Assembly: GCF_018350175.1 (NCBI RefSeq) | Contig: NC_058373.1 | Coordinates: 106,146,001 to 106,210,000 of the forward strand | From: Felis catus | Taxonomy: Eukaryota | Reading direction: 5' to 3' | DNA: 64,000 nucleotides | Shown here: piece after piece, positions 62,517 through 64,000 of the stretch | How the letters are laid out: each line of letters starts with the position of its first letter | Numbering within the stretch: position 1 is the first letter of the stretch | Translations under genes and position numbers: made by a program | Notes under the pieces: model-generated | Told to the model about the DNA's origin: nothing | Seen by the model: only the letters and a program-made list of their open reading frames with translations | Database searches by the model: none

Positions 62517-63054
62517 GAAAGTTGGTAACTAACCTACTGCAAATTACATTTCAGTATGTTTAATAGCACCTTCAGATACTACTTTTATAATAACTTGGTC
62601 CCTCCAATTTCTACATATTACAGAACTGTTTTAAAGATGAAAGGAAATCACAGTGTTCATAGGTCATTTCTGTTCCCTTCTAATTATGCAGGCAGCAGAC
62701 TCGAGGAATACTAGAGACTGAGGAAGTTGGGTGTACGTACCTCCTACTTCCCACCTGTAACCCTCAGCTACAGTGGATCAGGGCAGGAAGCAGGCACATA
62801 GTATGGGATTCCCTTCTAGTTCCTATCTCTCAGAAGAAACTGGAGTGTTTCCAGGGTTGAATGCTGGTGTGGACTAGAACTTAAGAGACATGGGCTCCTG
62901 TCTTGGTGCTGTCCCGGGAGTGCTTATATGGCTATAGGAAGCCTCAGTTTCCAGTTTCCTCATCTGTAAACTCGTAGCTAGAATGAGTGATTTCTTGGGT
63001 CCTTTTGAGGTCAATCATTGTATAATTCTGAGGTTAAGATTTTGTGTGGAAACA

Positions 63055-64000
63055 ATATATTTTATTTTTATTGAAGTATTAACATACAGTGTTCTGTTAG
63101 TTTCAGGTGTACAATATAATTACTCAACAAGTCTATACATTACTCAGTGCTCATCAAGATAAGTGTATTCTTAATCCCCTTTATTTCCCCCACCTCCCCT
63201 CTGGTAACCACCAGTTTGTTCTCTGTATTTGAGTCTTTTTTTTTTTCCTTCCAGTCCCTTTTTATCCTTTGTTTCTTAACATATGAGTGAAATTGTATGG
63301 TATTTGTCTTTCTCTCAGTGGTTTACTTCAATTAGCATTATACCCTAGGTCCATCCATGTTGTTGCAAATGGCAAGATCTCATTCTTTTTTATGACTAAG
63401 TAATGTTCCATTGTTCATCTATACGACACCTTTATCCATTCATTTATCCATGGACATTTGGGTTGTTTTCCATATCTTGGCTTTGTAATTAATGCTGCAA
63501 TAAACGTGGAGGTTCATATGGGGTGTCTGGGTGGTTCAGTCAGTTGAGCGTCTGACTTCGGCTCAGGTCATGATCTCACAGTCCGTGAGTTCAAGCCTCC
63601 GCGTCAGGCTCTGTGCTGACAGCTCGGAGCCTGGAGCCTGCTTCAGATTGTGTGTCTCCGTCGCTCTCTGCCCCTCCCCCACTCGTGCTCTCTCTGTCAA
63701 AAATAAACATTAAGAAAAAAATTTAAAAAACAAAACGTGGAGGTGCATATATATCTTTTCAGATTAGTGTTTTTGTTTTCTGGGTAAATACCCAGTAGTG
63801 GAATTTGGTTATTCTATTTTTAATTTTTTGAAGAACCTCCATATTTTCCACAGTGGCTGTACCAGTCGGCGTTCCTACCAGTGGTACACAAGGGTCCTTT
63901 TTCTCCACCTCCTTGCCAATATTTGTCATTTCTTATGTCTTGGATGTTAGCCACTGTGGCAGGCAGAAGGTGATTTCTCCTGGTGGTTTTAATTTGCATT
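63055..64000 (-). mobile_element. L1 3' portion running off the window, with a forward SINE (about 63520-63733) inserted
   Basis: L1 3'UTR and ORF2-end text; SINE TSD AAACGTGGAGGT. Confidence 0.87.

Overview
Mammalian (felid) genomic DNA. It is dense in tRNA-derived cat-type CAN-SINEs, plus L1, L2, MIR, LTR and DNA-transposon relics. It holds the conserved GPR135 - L3HYPDH - JKAMP block. GPR135 is an intronless class A GPCR (minus strand, 21640-23169, 509 aa). L3HYPDH is complete (minus strand, 5 coding exons, 41151-31415, 354 aa, Cys104/Thr273 catalytic pair). JKAMP is head-to-head with it (plus strand; coding exons 1-6 give 239 codons, and the last exon lies beyond the window). All exon boundaries were read by hand as GT-AG with consistent phases. 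I see no clearly new gene system. The best leads are regulatory or translational: an 86-aa spliced +1-frame ORF nested in JKAMP, an overlapping upstream ORF over the GPR135 start, a 16-bp inverted repeat with back-to-back TATAAAT boxes upstream of GPR135, a GC-box tandem repeat in the bidirectional promoter, a serial retro-insertion site, and an interstitial telomere tract. Repeat family names come from recognition rather than a search, and their boundaries are approximate.
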